Below are positions 29,501 to 38,574 of a stretch of 64,000 nucleotides of DNA, piece by piece. Source of the stretch: an uncultured delta proteobacterium (GTDB lineage Bacteria; Myxococcota_A; Polyangia; Fen-1088); the NCBI GenBank assembly GCA_963767925.1, contig CAVYGB010000008.1, positions 96,001-160,000 of the forward strand, in the 5' to 3' direction. Made by a program: the position numbers and the translations under genes. Under the pieces are notes generated by a model, which was not told where the DNA came from, did no database searches, and saw only the letters and a program-made list of their open reading frames with translations. The first letter of the stretch is position 1. Every line of letters starts with the position of its first letter.

Positions 29501-29533
29501 GAAGACCAGCCCTCGAGCCTGTCCTTGCGCCAT
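26519..29533 (-). CDS. Membrane-anchored protein with multiple carboxypeptidase-regulatory-like beta-sandwich repeats and a C-terminal PDZ domain
   Basis: About eight repeats of G.V.D..G.P..GA.V...T..DG.F.L..L.PG.Y; PDZ (PDSAAARAGLKKGDLVTAING); AGGAGG RBS. Confidence 0.88.
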   Translation of the reverse strand: MAQGQARGLVFFIMIAVLAGLGGVGIWQLRGRSGPNAGPADEEGGDGHRLVKGTGTSWREEEAATDPSGAIEGLVRDADGAPVDGVTVTLGRAVARGEDAPSMSHWLPRGTATTAGGGRFRIEKLVPGEYSATAAREGMGPGQRGSIEVLARQTAHVEIKLARVGLALSGRVLDVGGGAIAGARVTAVGRSGGMGRAAALFGAVSGAEGQYRLTLARGPVALRVEAEGYAPLLDTDLLLVRPTTRDLRLVPGARLSGRVVVRDSRQPLAEAEVSLTSAVRTDFREARDTRTDGDGRFELTALEPGNYEVMARKGVLVGAGKTVALAVAQSVGDVEVEVDRAHVVSGRVKDDAGASLGSIRVSAYRDSPPFGQAARTRSNPDGSYALEGLLPGSYRIDASEDGFGFSSARANVVTADLASVDVTLTRVVKVTGKVVTAEGRPVEGARVRATLEGRQGGGGSFSAGDSATTAADGTFELKRISPGSLRLTAQAEQQGSASVGPEEIKAGQPKVLSLKLGKGSALSGTVRTEDGRPAPDVRVTVRIRTGAMSLSSEQDVSGPDGRYRIENVPAGQVIVTASRSSRGGFDMSPRAERADQKTLALGEAEDKTGIDLVVAPPGTALAGTVVGPDGKPVAGAVLTAGVERDGRAFRGSSRDLRTYSQIDGQFTLEEVGKVPHTIWASHPDHPDTEVKGVMGGATGVKVTFPPDTSVAGLVVGPDGKPIANYTIAILPGPRANETPEDRRRRQSAGFDARTQRVQSPAGTFEILRLAPGAHELHATGPAGESASQVVTLAAGERRTGLRIPLAPGLRVTGRVIEHGSGKPVPEATVYAMGRGAARPQAEVKPDGSFVLEGAPVGDSLRLSFQAEFTRYVAESKEVEIKPGQTIVDAGTVRLLPGDMRQRLGVDRADRGESGADLAVEGGRPVVRSLRPDSAAARAGLKKGDLVTAINGTGVGELGNGALRFLGSGRPGASVSFVVETPGGGPARTVNVTLEPFAPPPARSN

Positions 29534-29651
29534 CACTTCCTCCTGAGCAGGGGGACCTCGGACGATGAAACGTTGCAATGAAAACGCGCGTCGCGGCTGA
29601 AATGGCAGGTCCGGCCGTCGAATTACCAAGTTTCACCGAGGGTGAAAAAAC

Positions 29652-29678
29652 TGTCCGCGCCCGTCCGGCCCGAACGTC
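29652..29678 (+). promoter_or_regulatory. Putative ECF42-type promoter
   Basis: TGTCCG-N17-CGTC upstream of the DGPF gene; a matching element lies before the second DGPF gene. Confidence 0.6.
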
Positions 29679-29771
29679 GAGGTTCCAGAGCGGCGGCGGA
29701 GACGGCAAGGTGGAGGAAGACGGGGTGGGAGGCCGCGTCGCAGCAGGGAACGACGAACTCAGGAGGAACCG

Positions 29772-30113
29772 ATGAGCACCTTTCTCTTTCTCTTTCGTGG
29801 CGGCCGCATGCGCGAGATGTCCCCCCAGGAGCTCCAGGAGAGCATGGGCCGCTGGGCGGCCTGGACCGGCGAGCTGACCAAGAAAGGTCATTACGCCGGC
29901 GGCCATCCGCTGGCCGAAGAGGGCCGCTCGGTGGTCGGCAAGAAGCAGGCGATCACCGATGGCCCCTTCGGGGAGACCAAGGACATCGTGGGCGGCTACA
30001 TTCTGGTGACGGCGTCCGATCTGAACGCCGCCACCGAGCTGGCCCGGGGTTGCCCGATCTTCGCCCGCGACGGCGCCGTCGAGGTGCGCGAGGTCCGCGA
30101 GATGAAGATGTGA
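29772..30113 (+). CDS. YciI/DGPF family protein
   Basis: TDGPFGETKDIVGGY...A.GCP...VEVR. Confidence 0.92.
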   Translation: MSTFLFLFRGGRMREMSPQELQESMGRWAAWTGELTKKGHYAGGHPLAEEGRSVVGKKQAITDGPFGETKDIVGGYILVTASDLNAATELARGCPIFARDGAVEVREVREMKM

Positions 30114-31420
30114 CGCCGCCCGAGCCCGAACGAGCCGCCACCACGGCGCTGGACCACCTGTTTCGTCACGAGGCAGGGCGCATGGCCGGGGCCGTGGTGC
30201 GACTCGTGGGGCTGGGCAACCTGGACCTGATCGACGACGTCGTCCAGGACACGCTGGTGCATGCCATGGAGGTCTGGAAGTTCGGCGGCCTTCCCGACAA
30301 CCCGGCGGCCTGGCTCATGCGCGCGGCCAGGAACCGGGCCATCGACATCATCCGCCGCCAGCGGACCGTCCGGCGGTTCGCGCCCGAGGTGGCCGACCTG
30401 CTCATGACCGAGTGGTCGCTCAGCTCGACGGTGGAGAGCGCCTTCATGGAGCCCGAGGTGCGTGACGGCGAGCTGCGGCTGATGTTCTCCCTGTGCGACG
30501 GGCGCCTCCCGCCCGAGACCCAGGTGCTGGTGGTGCTGAAGTACCTGTGTGGCTTCGGCACCCACGAGCTGGCCCAGGCCTTCTTGCTGAGCGAAGACGC
30601 CGTGGAGAAGCGTCTGACCCGGGCCCGGGCCACCTTGCAGGCCACCGGCGCCCTCGCCGAGATCGACGACCAGGCCCGGCTGCGGGCCCGCCTGCCGGGC
30701 GTGCGGCAGGCCCTGTATCTGCTGTTCAACGAGGGCTACCACGGCAGCCACCCTGCCCAGGTGGTGCGGCGGGACCTCTGCGCCGAGGCGCTGCGGTTGA
30801 CCGAGCTGCTGGCCGCCCACCCGGTGACCGGCCTGCCCGAGGTGCACGCGCTGCTGGCGCTGATGTGTCTGCTGGCCGCCCGCCTGGAGACCCGCTGCGA
30901 CGTCGCCGGCGATCTCATCCCCCTCGACGAGCAGGACCGCGGTTGCTGGAACAGCGCCCTGCTGGCCCGGGGCTTCGAGGCGCTCGGCCAGTCGGCGGCC
31001 GGCGAGCTGCTCAGCGACACCCACCTCGAGGCGGCCATCGCCGCCCAGCACGCCGCCGCCCCCACCTGGGCCCAGACCGACTGGCCGGCCATCGTGGCCC
31101 TCTACGATCGCCTCCTGCTGCTGCGGCCCACCCCGGTGGTGGCGCTGAACCGGGCGGTCGCCGTCGGCCAGGCCGAGGGCGCCGCCGCCGGCCTGGCCGC
31201 CCTCGACGAGATCGCCGGCGTCGAGCGGCTCGACGACTACCTGTTCCTGTCCGCCACCCGCGCCGACCTGCTCCGGCGGGCGGGCCGCCTCGAGGAGGCC
31301 GTCCCCCACTACCAGCGGGCCCACGAGCTGGCGCGCAGCGACCCCGAGCGCCGCTTCTTCGCGCGCCGCCTGGCGGCCTGCCGCTACCCCGGAGGACCGC
31401 CACCCGCGCCCGCGAGTTGA
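30110..31420 (+). CDS. ECF42-type sigma factor with TPR-like C-terminal extension
   Basis: GTGA overlap with the DGPF gene; DDVVQD, PDNPAAWL..AARNRAID, YLLFNEGY, LDEQDR..W, TDWPAIVALYD, PVVALNRAVA. Confidence 0.92.
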   Translation: MTPPEPERAATTALDHLFRHEAGRMAGAVVRLVGLGNLDLIDDVVQDTLVHAMEVWKFGGLPDNPAAWLMRAARNRAIDIIRRQRTVRRFAPEVADLLMTEWSLSSTVESAFMEPEVRDGELRLMFSLCDGRLPPETQVLVVLKYLCGFGTHELAQAFLLSEDAVEKRLTRARATLQATGALAEIDDQARLRARLPGVRQALYLLFNEGYHGSHPAQVVRRDLCAEALRLTELLAAHPVTGLPEVHALLALMCLLAARLETRCDVAGDLIPLDEQDRGCWNSALLARGFEALGQSAAGELLSDTHLEAAIAAQHAAAPTWAQTDWPAIVALYDRLLLLRPTPVVALNRAVAVGQAEGAAAGLAALDEIAGVERLDDYLFLSATRADLLRRAGRLEEAVPHYQRAHELARSDPERRFFARRLAACRYPGGPPPAPAS

Positions 31421-31427
31421 TCCGGCA

Positions 31428-34400
31428 TCAGACGGCGCCCGCCGGCCGGGGGCGCGAGGGCCAGACTCGCTCGCGGGCAGCCGGGCGGGCCAGGAGGTAA
31501 GCCGCCAGCCCGAGCAGGAACAGCGCCGCCCCGGCCAGCATGAGCGCCCCCCAGACCGGCGCCGGCAAGCTGAGGTAGAGGGGGGCCACGAGCGCGGCCA
31601 GGATCACCGCCGCGCCGATCTGGATGGCCCGGGTCCGGCGCTGCAGCCGCCCGAGCAGGGCCGCGTCCCGCTCGGCCAGCCGCTGCCAGAGGAGCTGCTC
31701 GTACCGCCAGGAGGTGGAGACCACGGGGATGATCTCCAGGGTCAAGAAGGCCGAGCTGATGAGTCCACCGACCATGGGGGCGGCGATCCGCTTCATGACG
31801 TCGGCCCCCGAGCTGCTGGCCCACAGCAGGGGGACCAGCCCGGTCAACATGGTGGCCACCGTCATCAGCTTGGGCCGCACCCGCTGTACCGTCCCCTCCA
31901 TGTGGGCGGCCACGATGTCCGCGAGGTCGTTCATCCGCCCCTCGCGCTTGCGGCGCTCGAAGGCGTTGTCGATGTAGACGATCATGACGATGCCGGTCTG
32001 GGCGGCCAGGCCGAGCAGGGCGATGATCCCCACCCACACCGCCGTCGACAGCCGGTAGTCGAGCAGCCAGAGCAGCCAGAAGCTCCCCACCAGGGCGAAG
32101 GGGAGGGAGAGCAGCACGATCAGCACCTCGACGAAGTTCCGGAACTGGAGGAACAGGAGCAGCACGACGATCGCCACCGTCAGCGGGATGACGACCTTCA
32201 TGCGCGCCACCATCTGCTGGAGCTGCTCGTACTGGCCGGTCCACTTGAGGTGGCTCCCCTGGGGCAACACCAGGTCCCCGCTCGCCAGGGCCGCCGCCAC
32301 CACCGCCTTGGCCTCCTCGACGTAGCCGCCGATGTCGCGCTGGCCCTGATCGATGTCGACGTAGACGTAGCCCACGAGCAGGCCGGCCTCGTCCCGCACC
32401 ATGGGGGGCCCGTCCGCGATCGCGATGTCGGCGAGCTGCCCCAGGGGGATGAAGGCCTGCGGCCCCCGGCCGGCGGGCCGCAGCGGGTCGCTCCCCGCCA
32501 TCGGCATGCCGGCGGCGCCGCGCGGCTCGGGGACGGGCAGGGGGACCAGCACCTCGCGCAGCCGGGGCAGATCGCTGCGCAGGTCCTGGGGGTACCGGAC
32601 GTTGATGGTGAAGCGGGCCCGCCCCTCGATGGTGAGGCCGATCGGCGTGCCGCCGATGGCCCCCTCGATGACGTCCTGCACGTCCCCCACCCGCAGGCCG
32701 TGGCGGGCCAGCGCCTCGGGCCGGGGCACGATGTCGACGTAGAGGCCCCCCAGGCTGCGCTCGTAGAGCACGCTGCGGGTGCCGCGGATCGGGGCGATGA
32801 GGTGCTCGAGTCCGGGTCCCCACCTTCTCGATCTCCTGCAGGTCGGTGCCGAAGACCTTCACGCCGATGGGGGTGCGCACGCCGGTGGTCAACATGTCGA
32901 TGCGGGTCTTGATCGGCATGGTCCAGGCGTTGGTCCAGCCGGGGAGCTGCATGCGGTCGTTCATCTCGGCGGTGAGCTCCTCCCAGGTCAGCGGGCGCTG
33001 CTCCGGCCAGAGCGGGCGCAGGGCGACCGCCAGCCAGCCGGGCGCCCAGCCCGAATACCAGCGCCGCTCCGGGCGGGTCCGCCAGCGCTCGACCGGCTTG
33101 AGCCGCACCGTGGTCTCCACCATCGACAGGGGGGCGGGATCGGTGGCCGACTCCACCCGCCCGATCTTGCCGAACACCGACTCCACCTCGGGGAAGGAGC
33201 GCAGGATGCGGTCCTGGATCTGGAGCTGGCGCTTGGCCTCCTCGATCGAGATGTTGGGGAAGGTGATCGGCATGTACAGGATGTCCCCCTCGTTGAGGGG
33301 GGGCATGAACTCGTGGCCCAGCCGGGAGGCGACCGGCACCGTCGACAGCAGGGCGAACAGGCCGATCGCGACCGTCGACTTGGGCCGCCGCAGGGCCACG
33401 TAGACGAAGGGCTCGTACAGCCGCACGATGAAGCGCGAGACCGGGTGGCGCTGCTCGGGTCGGATCTTGCCCCGGATGAGCAGGTCGCGCAGGGCGGGGG
33501 CGAAGGTGATCGACAGCAGCGCCGAGATCAACATGACGAAGGTCTTGGTGTAGGCCAGGGGCTGGAACAGGCGCCCGGCCTGGCCGGTGAGGGTGAAGAC
33601 CGGCAGGAAGGCCACGGCGATGATGAGCAGCGAGAAGAAGATGGCCGGCGTGACCTCCCGGGCCGCCTCGGCCAGCAGGGCGTGGCGATCGGCGCCCGGT
33701 CCGGCCTGCTCGAGCTTGCTGTGGGAGGCCTCGATCATGACGATCTCGGCGTCGACGGTGGCGCCGATGGCGATGGCGATCCCCCCCAGGCTCATGATGG
33801 TGGAGGGGATGTCGAGCAGGTACATCGGGATGAAGGAGAGGGCCACCGCGATGGGCAGCGACAGGATCGGCAGCAGCGCGCTGCGGAAGTGCAGCAGGAA
33901 CACGATGATCACCAGGCTCACCACGATCGCCTCCTCGATCAGGGCCTGCATGAGGGTGTCGATGGCCCGGTGGATGAGGTCGGAGCGGTCGTAGGCGATC
34001 TTCACCTCCACCCCGGGGGGCAGGCTGGGGGCCAGGTCGGCCAGCTTGCGCTTGACCCGCTCGATCACCTCGAGGGCGTTCTCGCCGTAGCGCATCACAA
34101 CGATGGCCCCCACCGCCTCGCCCTCGCCGTTCCACTCCAGCAGGCCCCGGCGGATCTCCGGCCCGAAGCGCACGCTGGCCACGTCCCGCACCAGCAGCGG
34201 CGTGCCGGCCGGCCCGCTGGCCCGCAGGGCGATGTTCTCCAGGCTGGCCAGGTCCCGGATGTAGCCCCGGCCGCGCACGTAGTATTCGCGCCCCGACATC
34301 TCGAGGATGCGCCCGCCGACGTCGTTGTTGGAGGCGCGGATGGCGGCGGAGACCTCCGCCAGGGTGACGCCGTAGGCCCGCAGCTTGGCCGGGTCGACGG

Positions 34401-34974
34401 TGACCTGGTACTGCTTCTGGTAGCCCCCCACGCTGGCCACCTCGGCCACCCCCGGCACGCTGACCCCAGGGCGTAGCGCAGGGTGAAGTCCTGGAAGGTG
34501 CGCAGCTCGTCGAGGCTGTGTTTGCCGGTGCGGTCCTCGAGGGTGTACTGGAACACCCAGCCGACCCCGGTGGCGTCGGGGCCCAGGGTGGGGCTCACCC
34601 CGGGCGGGCAGCTGCCCCTGCAGGCCGTTCAGGTACTCCAGCACCCGGCTGCGGGCCCAGTAGATGTCGGTCCCCTCCTGGAACACGACGTAGATGAACG
34701 ACATGCCGAACATGGAGTAGCCGCGCACGTCGGCCACCTTGGGGGTCCCGATCAGCTTGGCGGCGATGGGGTAGGTGACCTGGTCCTCGATGAGGGTGGG
34801 GCTGCGCCCCATCCACTCGGTGAACACGATCACCTGGGGGTCGGAGAGGTCGGGGATGGCGTCCAGCTTGATCCGGCGGATCGAGGCGAAGGCCCCCAGC
34901 AGGGCGAGCCCCACCCCCAGCAGGACCAGCAGCCGGTGCCGGGCGCAGCCTTCGATGATGCGGGCGACGATCAT
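31428..34974 (-). CDS. cusA: CusA/SilA heavy-metal RND permease with three frameshifts
   Basis: LDAIPDLSDPQVIV, YWARSRVLEYL, LGPDATGVGW, FMPPLNEGD, IKTRIDMLTTG, RVRPKLMT, ADVMKRIAAPMVGG. Shifts at about 34608, 34463 and 32813. Confidence 0.92.
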
Positions 34975-36458
34975 CGGGCCGCCCGCCCCTCGATTGTCGC
35001 CCGCAGCCGGCTCTCCGAGTCGATGAGGAAGTTGGCGGTCGTCACGACCGTCTCGCCCTCGGCCACCCCGCTGCGCACCTCGATCCGCGCGCCGACCCGG
35101 GCGCCCAGCGCGACCCGCCGGGGCTCGAAGCGGCCGCCGGGGCGGGCCACGAAGACGTATTGCAGGTCGCCGGTGTCGACGACCGCCTCGGCCGGCAGGG
35201 TCAGGCCGCTGGCAGCCGGCAGATCCAGCACCACGGTGCCGTACAGGCCCGGGCGCAGCTTCAGCCCGCCCGGCCCGGTCCGGTTGCGCAGCTCGAGCCG
35301 CAGCCGGAGCGTGCGCGACTGGGCGTCGAGGGTGGGGTAGACGAACTGGACCTTGCCGGCGAAGGTTTCGCCGGGATAGGCCGTGGCCTCGAAGCGGGCC
35401 GGCTGCCCGATCCGCACCCGCGGCACGTCCGCCTCGTAGACCTCGGCCACCACCCAGACGGTGCGCAGGTCGGCCACCTCGAACAGGGGCACGCCGGCGG
35501 CGGCGTTCATGCCCAGCACGGCGTTCTTGGCGATCACGTGCCCGGCCACCGGCGAGCGGATGGCGATGGCCCGCAACGGCTCGCGGCGGGCGACGACCAG
35601 GTCGATCTCCCGGGGGGAGATGCCGAGCAGCTCGAGCCGGCGGCGGGCGTCGTTCACCATCCCCTCGAGGGGGGCCACGTTGCCCTGGTGGGGCAGCGCC
35701 GTGCCCTGGGGGCTCGCGCTCCAGCCGAGGGCGGTGAGCAGCTCCTGCTGGGCCTGCAGCACCTCGGGGCTGTAGATGGTGGCCAGCGCCTGGCCGCGCG
35801 CGACCCGCTGGCCGGTCTCGGAGACGTGCAGCTCCTCGATCCAGCCCGAGAAGCGGGGGGAGATCTGGGCCTGGCCCCGCTCGTTTGCCTGCACCACCCC
35901 CACCACCCGCAGGCCGTCGACGAGCGAGGTGCGCGTGACGGGGGCGGTGCGAACGCCGATCTTCTGCACCCGCTCGTCCGTGAGATCGACCGGCACCAGC
36001 CCCGGGATCGACGCCCCGGCGGCGGCGCCTCCGTCGGGACGGGGGATCAGCTTCATGCCGCCGCACAGGTCGCAGCGGGCGCTGGCGTCGTCGGAGGCGA
36101 TCTGGGGGTGCATCGGGCACCAGTAGGCGCCGGAGGCGGGCTTGCCCGCCGGGGCCGGCGCGCTGGTCGCCGCCGCGGGTCGGGCCGATCCCGCGGGGCG
36201 GGGCACCAGGTTCATGCTGCAGATCGGGCACTGGCCCGCGTGGTCCTGGACGATCTGGGGGTGCATCGGGCAATAGAACGTCTGCCCGGTCCGCTCCGAG
36301 CGGGCGGCGAGCCAGCCCGCAGGCCCCGCCAGGTGGGAGGCGACGGCGCCGGCGGCCACCAGGCCCATCGCGACGACGAGGATCCAGCGCAGGACGGCCA
36401 TCTTGCGGGTGCCCGGCGGCGGGCTCTCCAGGCGGGCGCTGTCGTCGTGGGCGTTCAT
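34971..36458 (-). CDS. cusB: CusB-like adaptor with two heavy-metal-binding domains
   Basis: YCPMHPQI...GQCPICSMNL and WCPMHPQI...CDLCGGMKL; GWIEEL, IYSPEVLQAQQE, FLIDSESRL. Confidence 0.92.
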   Translation of the reverse strand: MNAHDDSARLESPPPGTRKMAVLRWILVVAMGLVAAGAVASHLAGPAGWLAARSERTGQTFYCPMHPQIVQDHAGQCPICSMNLVPRPAGSARPAAATSAPAPAGKPASGAYWCPMHPQIASDDASARCDLCGGMKLIPRPDGGAAAGASIPGLVPVDLTDERVQKIGVRTAPVTRTSLVDGLRVVGVVQANERGQAQISPRFSGWIEELHVSETGQRVARGQALATIYSPEVLQAQQELLTALGWSASPQGTALPHQGNVAPLEGMVNDARRRLELLGISPREIDLVVARREPLRAIAIRSPVAGHVIAKNAVLGMNAAAGVPLFEVADLRTVWVVAEVYEADVPRVRIGQPARFEATAYPGETFAGKVQFVYPTLDAQSRTLRLRLELRNRTGPGGLKLRPGLYGTVVLDLPAASGLTLPAEAVVDTGDLQYVFVARPGGRFEPRRVALGARVGARIEVRSGVAEGETVVTTANFLIDSESRLRATIEGRAAR

Positions 36459-37732
36459 GGCGCCACCTCGGCGGGCAGGGCCCGGGCCAGGTCGGCGGCG
36501 GCCTCTTCCAGGTGGACCAGGCTCTGCACCCGGTCGAGCCGCGTGTCGAGGTAGCTGCGCAGGGCATCGACCAGCACGCTGGCGTCGCCCCGCCCGGCGC
36601 CGTAGCCGGCCTGGGCGGTCTCCAGGTTGCGGCCGGCGATGGGCAGCAGGTCCCGATCGATGATGTCGAAGGTGGCGCGCGCCGCCGCGAAGCGGGCGCC
36701 CGCGTCGCGGGCCTGGTAGGCCAGGCCGTTGCGCACCGACTGCACCGCGAGGCGATCGGCGGCCAGCGCGTGTTCGGCGGCGGCGACGGCGTCGCGGCGG
36801 CCCGCGCTCAGCCAGGGTAGGTTCATCATGACCATCAGCCCGTAGCCGTGGGGCGCGGCCATCATCGGCATGTACATGTAGTCGACCCCCAGGGTGACGG
36901 TCGGCCAGCGCCCCTCGCGCTGGACCAGCTCGAGGGTGGCCTCGCTGCGGGCCAGATCGGCGCCGGCGGCCACCAGCTCCGATCGTCCCCGTGCGGAACC
37001 CGCGTCGCCCGGCGGCGCGGCCGCGGGCGGCAGCTCGGCCGGGACGCCCAGGGGCGCCTCCAGCGGCCGGTTCATCAGCAGGTTCAAGCGGGCGGAGGCC
37101 GAGATGCGCTCCTGCTCGACGTGGGCCAGATCGCGGTGCAGGCGGGACAGCTCGAGGGTGAGGCGCAGGACGTCCTGCTGCGAGCGCTGCCCGGCCCGGT
37201 AGCTCGAGCGCGCCAGCTCGACCAGGCGCCCGGTCAGCTCGACGTGCTCCCGATGCAGGGCCACCTCCCGGTCGGCCCGGAAATATTCGGCGAACCCGCG
37301 CCGCACCTCCGCGGTGAGGTCCCGCCGCCGCGTCTCCGCCCCCGCCGCCGCGCGGACCGCCTCCTGATCGGCCGCCCGCGCCCGCGCGGATCGCGTCCCC
37401 GCTGCGGGCAGGGTCTGGCTCAGCCCCACCATGAGGGCGTTGCCCTCGCGCCAGGCCAGCGGCCGGCGCAGCGGCAGCCCCCACTGCTCGTATTTCACCT
37501 GGGCCTCCGGCAGCCGCCCGGCCAGCCGGGCCTGGGCGCGGGCGGCGGCGATGCGCGCCTCGGCCTCGGCCAGGTCGGGGTTGGCGCGCAGGACCAGCGG
37601 CAGGATCAGCTCCAGCCGGGCCTCGCGGGCCAGCGCCTCGCCGGTGGGATCGGCGGCGGCGACGCCGGGGAGCAGGGCGGTGATCAGCAGCAGGGCCGGG
37701 ATCACGAGACGGACGTCAGCGAACGTGGACAT
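36455..37732 (-). CDS. TolC/CusC-family outer membrane protein
   Basis: OEP repeats; Met-rich loop DYMYMPMMAAPH; ATGA overlap with cusB. Confidence 0.88.
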   Translation of the reverse strand: MSTFADVRLVIPALLLITALLPGVAAADPTGEALAREARLELILPLVLRANPDLAEAEARIAAARAQARLAGRLPEAQVKYEQWGLPLRRPLAWREGNALMVGLSQTLPAAGTRSARARAADQEAVRAAAGAETRRRDLTAEVRRGFAEYFRADREVALHREHVELTGRLVELARSSYRAGQRSQQDVLRLTLELSRLHRDLAHVEQERISASARLNLLMNRPLEAPLGVPAELPPAAAPPGDAGSARGRSELVAAGADLARSEATLELVQREGRWPTVTLGVDYMYMPMMAAPHGYGLMVMMNLPWLSAGRRDAVAAAEHALAADRLAVQSVRNGLAYQARDAGARFAAARATFDIIDRDLLPIAGRNLETAQAGYGAGRGDASVLVDALRSYLDTRLDRVQSLVHLEEAAADLARALPAEVAP

Positions 37733-37966
37733 GGCTCGGGTTCCTCGACGAGCGGGCAGGGAGACGGTGCGCGACGGCGCCGGCGCCCGCCCGGGGGGCA
37801 GGCACGCGACGATGGGCCGGCCAGCGGGCAGGACGCCGCGCGATCAGCCGGGGAGAGGGCAGCCGGCCCGGTCGAGCGACCGGGCGGCGAGCGCAGCGGG
37901 GTCAGCGGGACCCCGCGCACCCGTGGATCGACCGCGCCCGCAGGGCGGTCGGCCGACGGCGATCGC

Positions 37967-38389
37967 TCAGATCAGGAAGGCTTGCTTCTGCAGGACGAGG
38001 AGGCGGCCCCCGGCGGATCGCTCCCGATCGGGCGCGCGGACCGGGAGGGGCCGCAGCCGGGGGAAGGGATCGGGGACGGTGGCCACCGGCCGGGCCACCA
38101 GGGCGTCGACCACCGTGAGCTGGGCGGCCGCCTGCTTGCGGGGCAGGTCGCTGGGGGCCTTGTCGAAGTGGCTCTGCTCGACCTGGCAGCAGCTCAGGCT
38201 GGACAGGGTCGGGCCGGCGTGGCTCCGCTCGGCCGCCGCGCCGACCTTCTTCTTGGGGCAGCAGCAGGCGTCGCGGGCGACCCCGTCGGACCGGCAGCGC
38301 CAGCTCGCGAAGCTGGTCCCGGCGACGGCAAACAGCAGCACCGGCAGCAGCAGCGCCGCGGTCAGGATCTGTCTGGCCGTCCTCGCCAT
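37967..38389 (-). CDS. Small secreted Cys-rich protein upstream of the metal efflux operon
   Basis: Signal peptide, WRCRSDG...ACCCP, SCCQ, C-terminal LLVLQKQAFLI; GGAGG RBS. Confidence 0.75.
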   Translation of the reverse strand: MARTARQILTAALLLPVLLFAVAGTSFASWRCRSDGVARDACCCPKKKVGAAAERSHAGPTLSSLSCCQVEQSHFDKAPSDLPRKQAAAQLTVVDALVARPVATVPDPFPRLRPLPVRAPDRERSAGGRLLVLQKQAFLI

Positions 38390-38533
38390 GGGTGCCTCCG
38401 AGCATGATTGGCGATCGCACCGGCTGTCAAGGCGCGCCGACCACACCCACCCCCCCCGGCGCGGAATCCGCACCCCGCTGCAGAAAGCGCAGCCCGGCGC
38501 GCCCCAAAGCCCCGGATCCGGCCGCCGCGCGCG

Positions 38534-38549
38534 CGGCACGGCCGGTGCA
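38534..38549 (+). promoter_or_regulatory. Putative sigma54 -24/-12 promoter of the MacAB-like operon
   Basis: CGGCACGGCCGGTGCA (GG-N10-GC), about 25 bp before ATG 38575. Confidence 0.55.
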
Positions 38550-38574
38550 ATACCTCGCGGCAAAGAGACATCCC

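Noticed and set aside
31384..36567. 1727-aa ORF as a giant fusion protein
   Set aside because: It is a composite of cusA segments brought into frame by indels plus off-frame GC-rich sequence.
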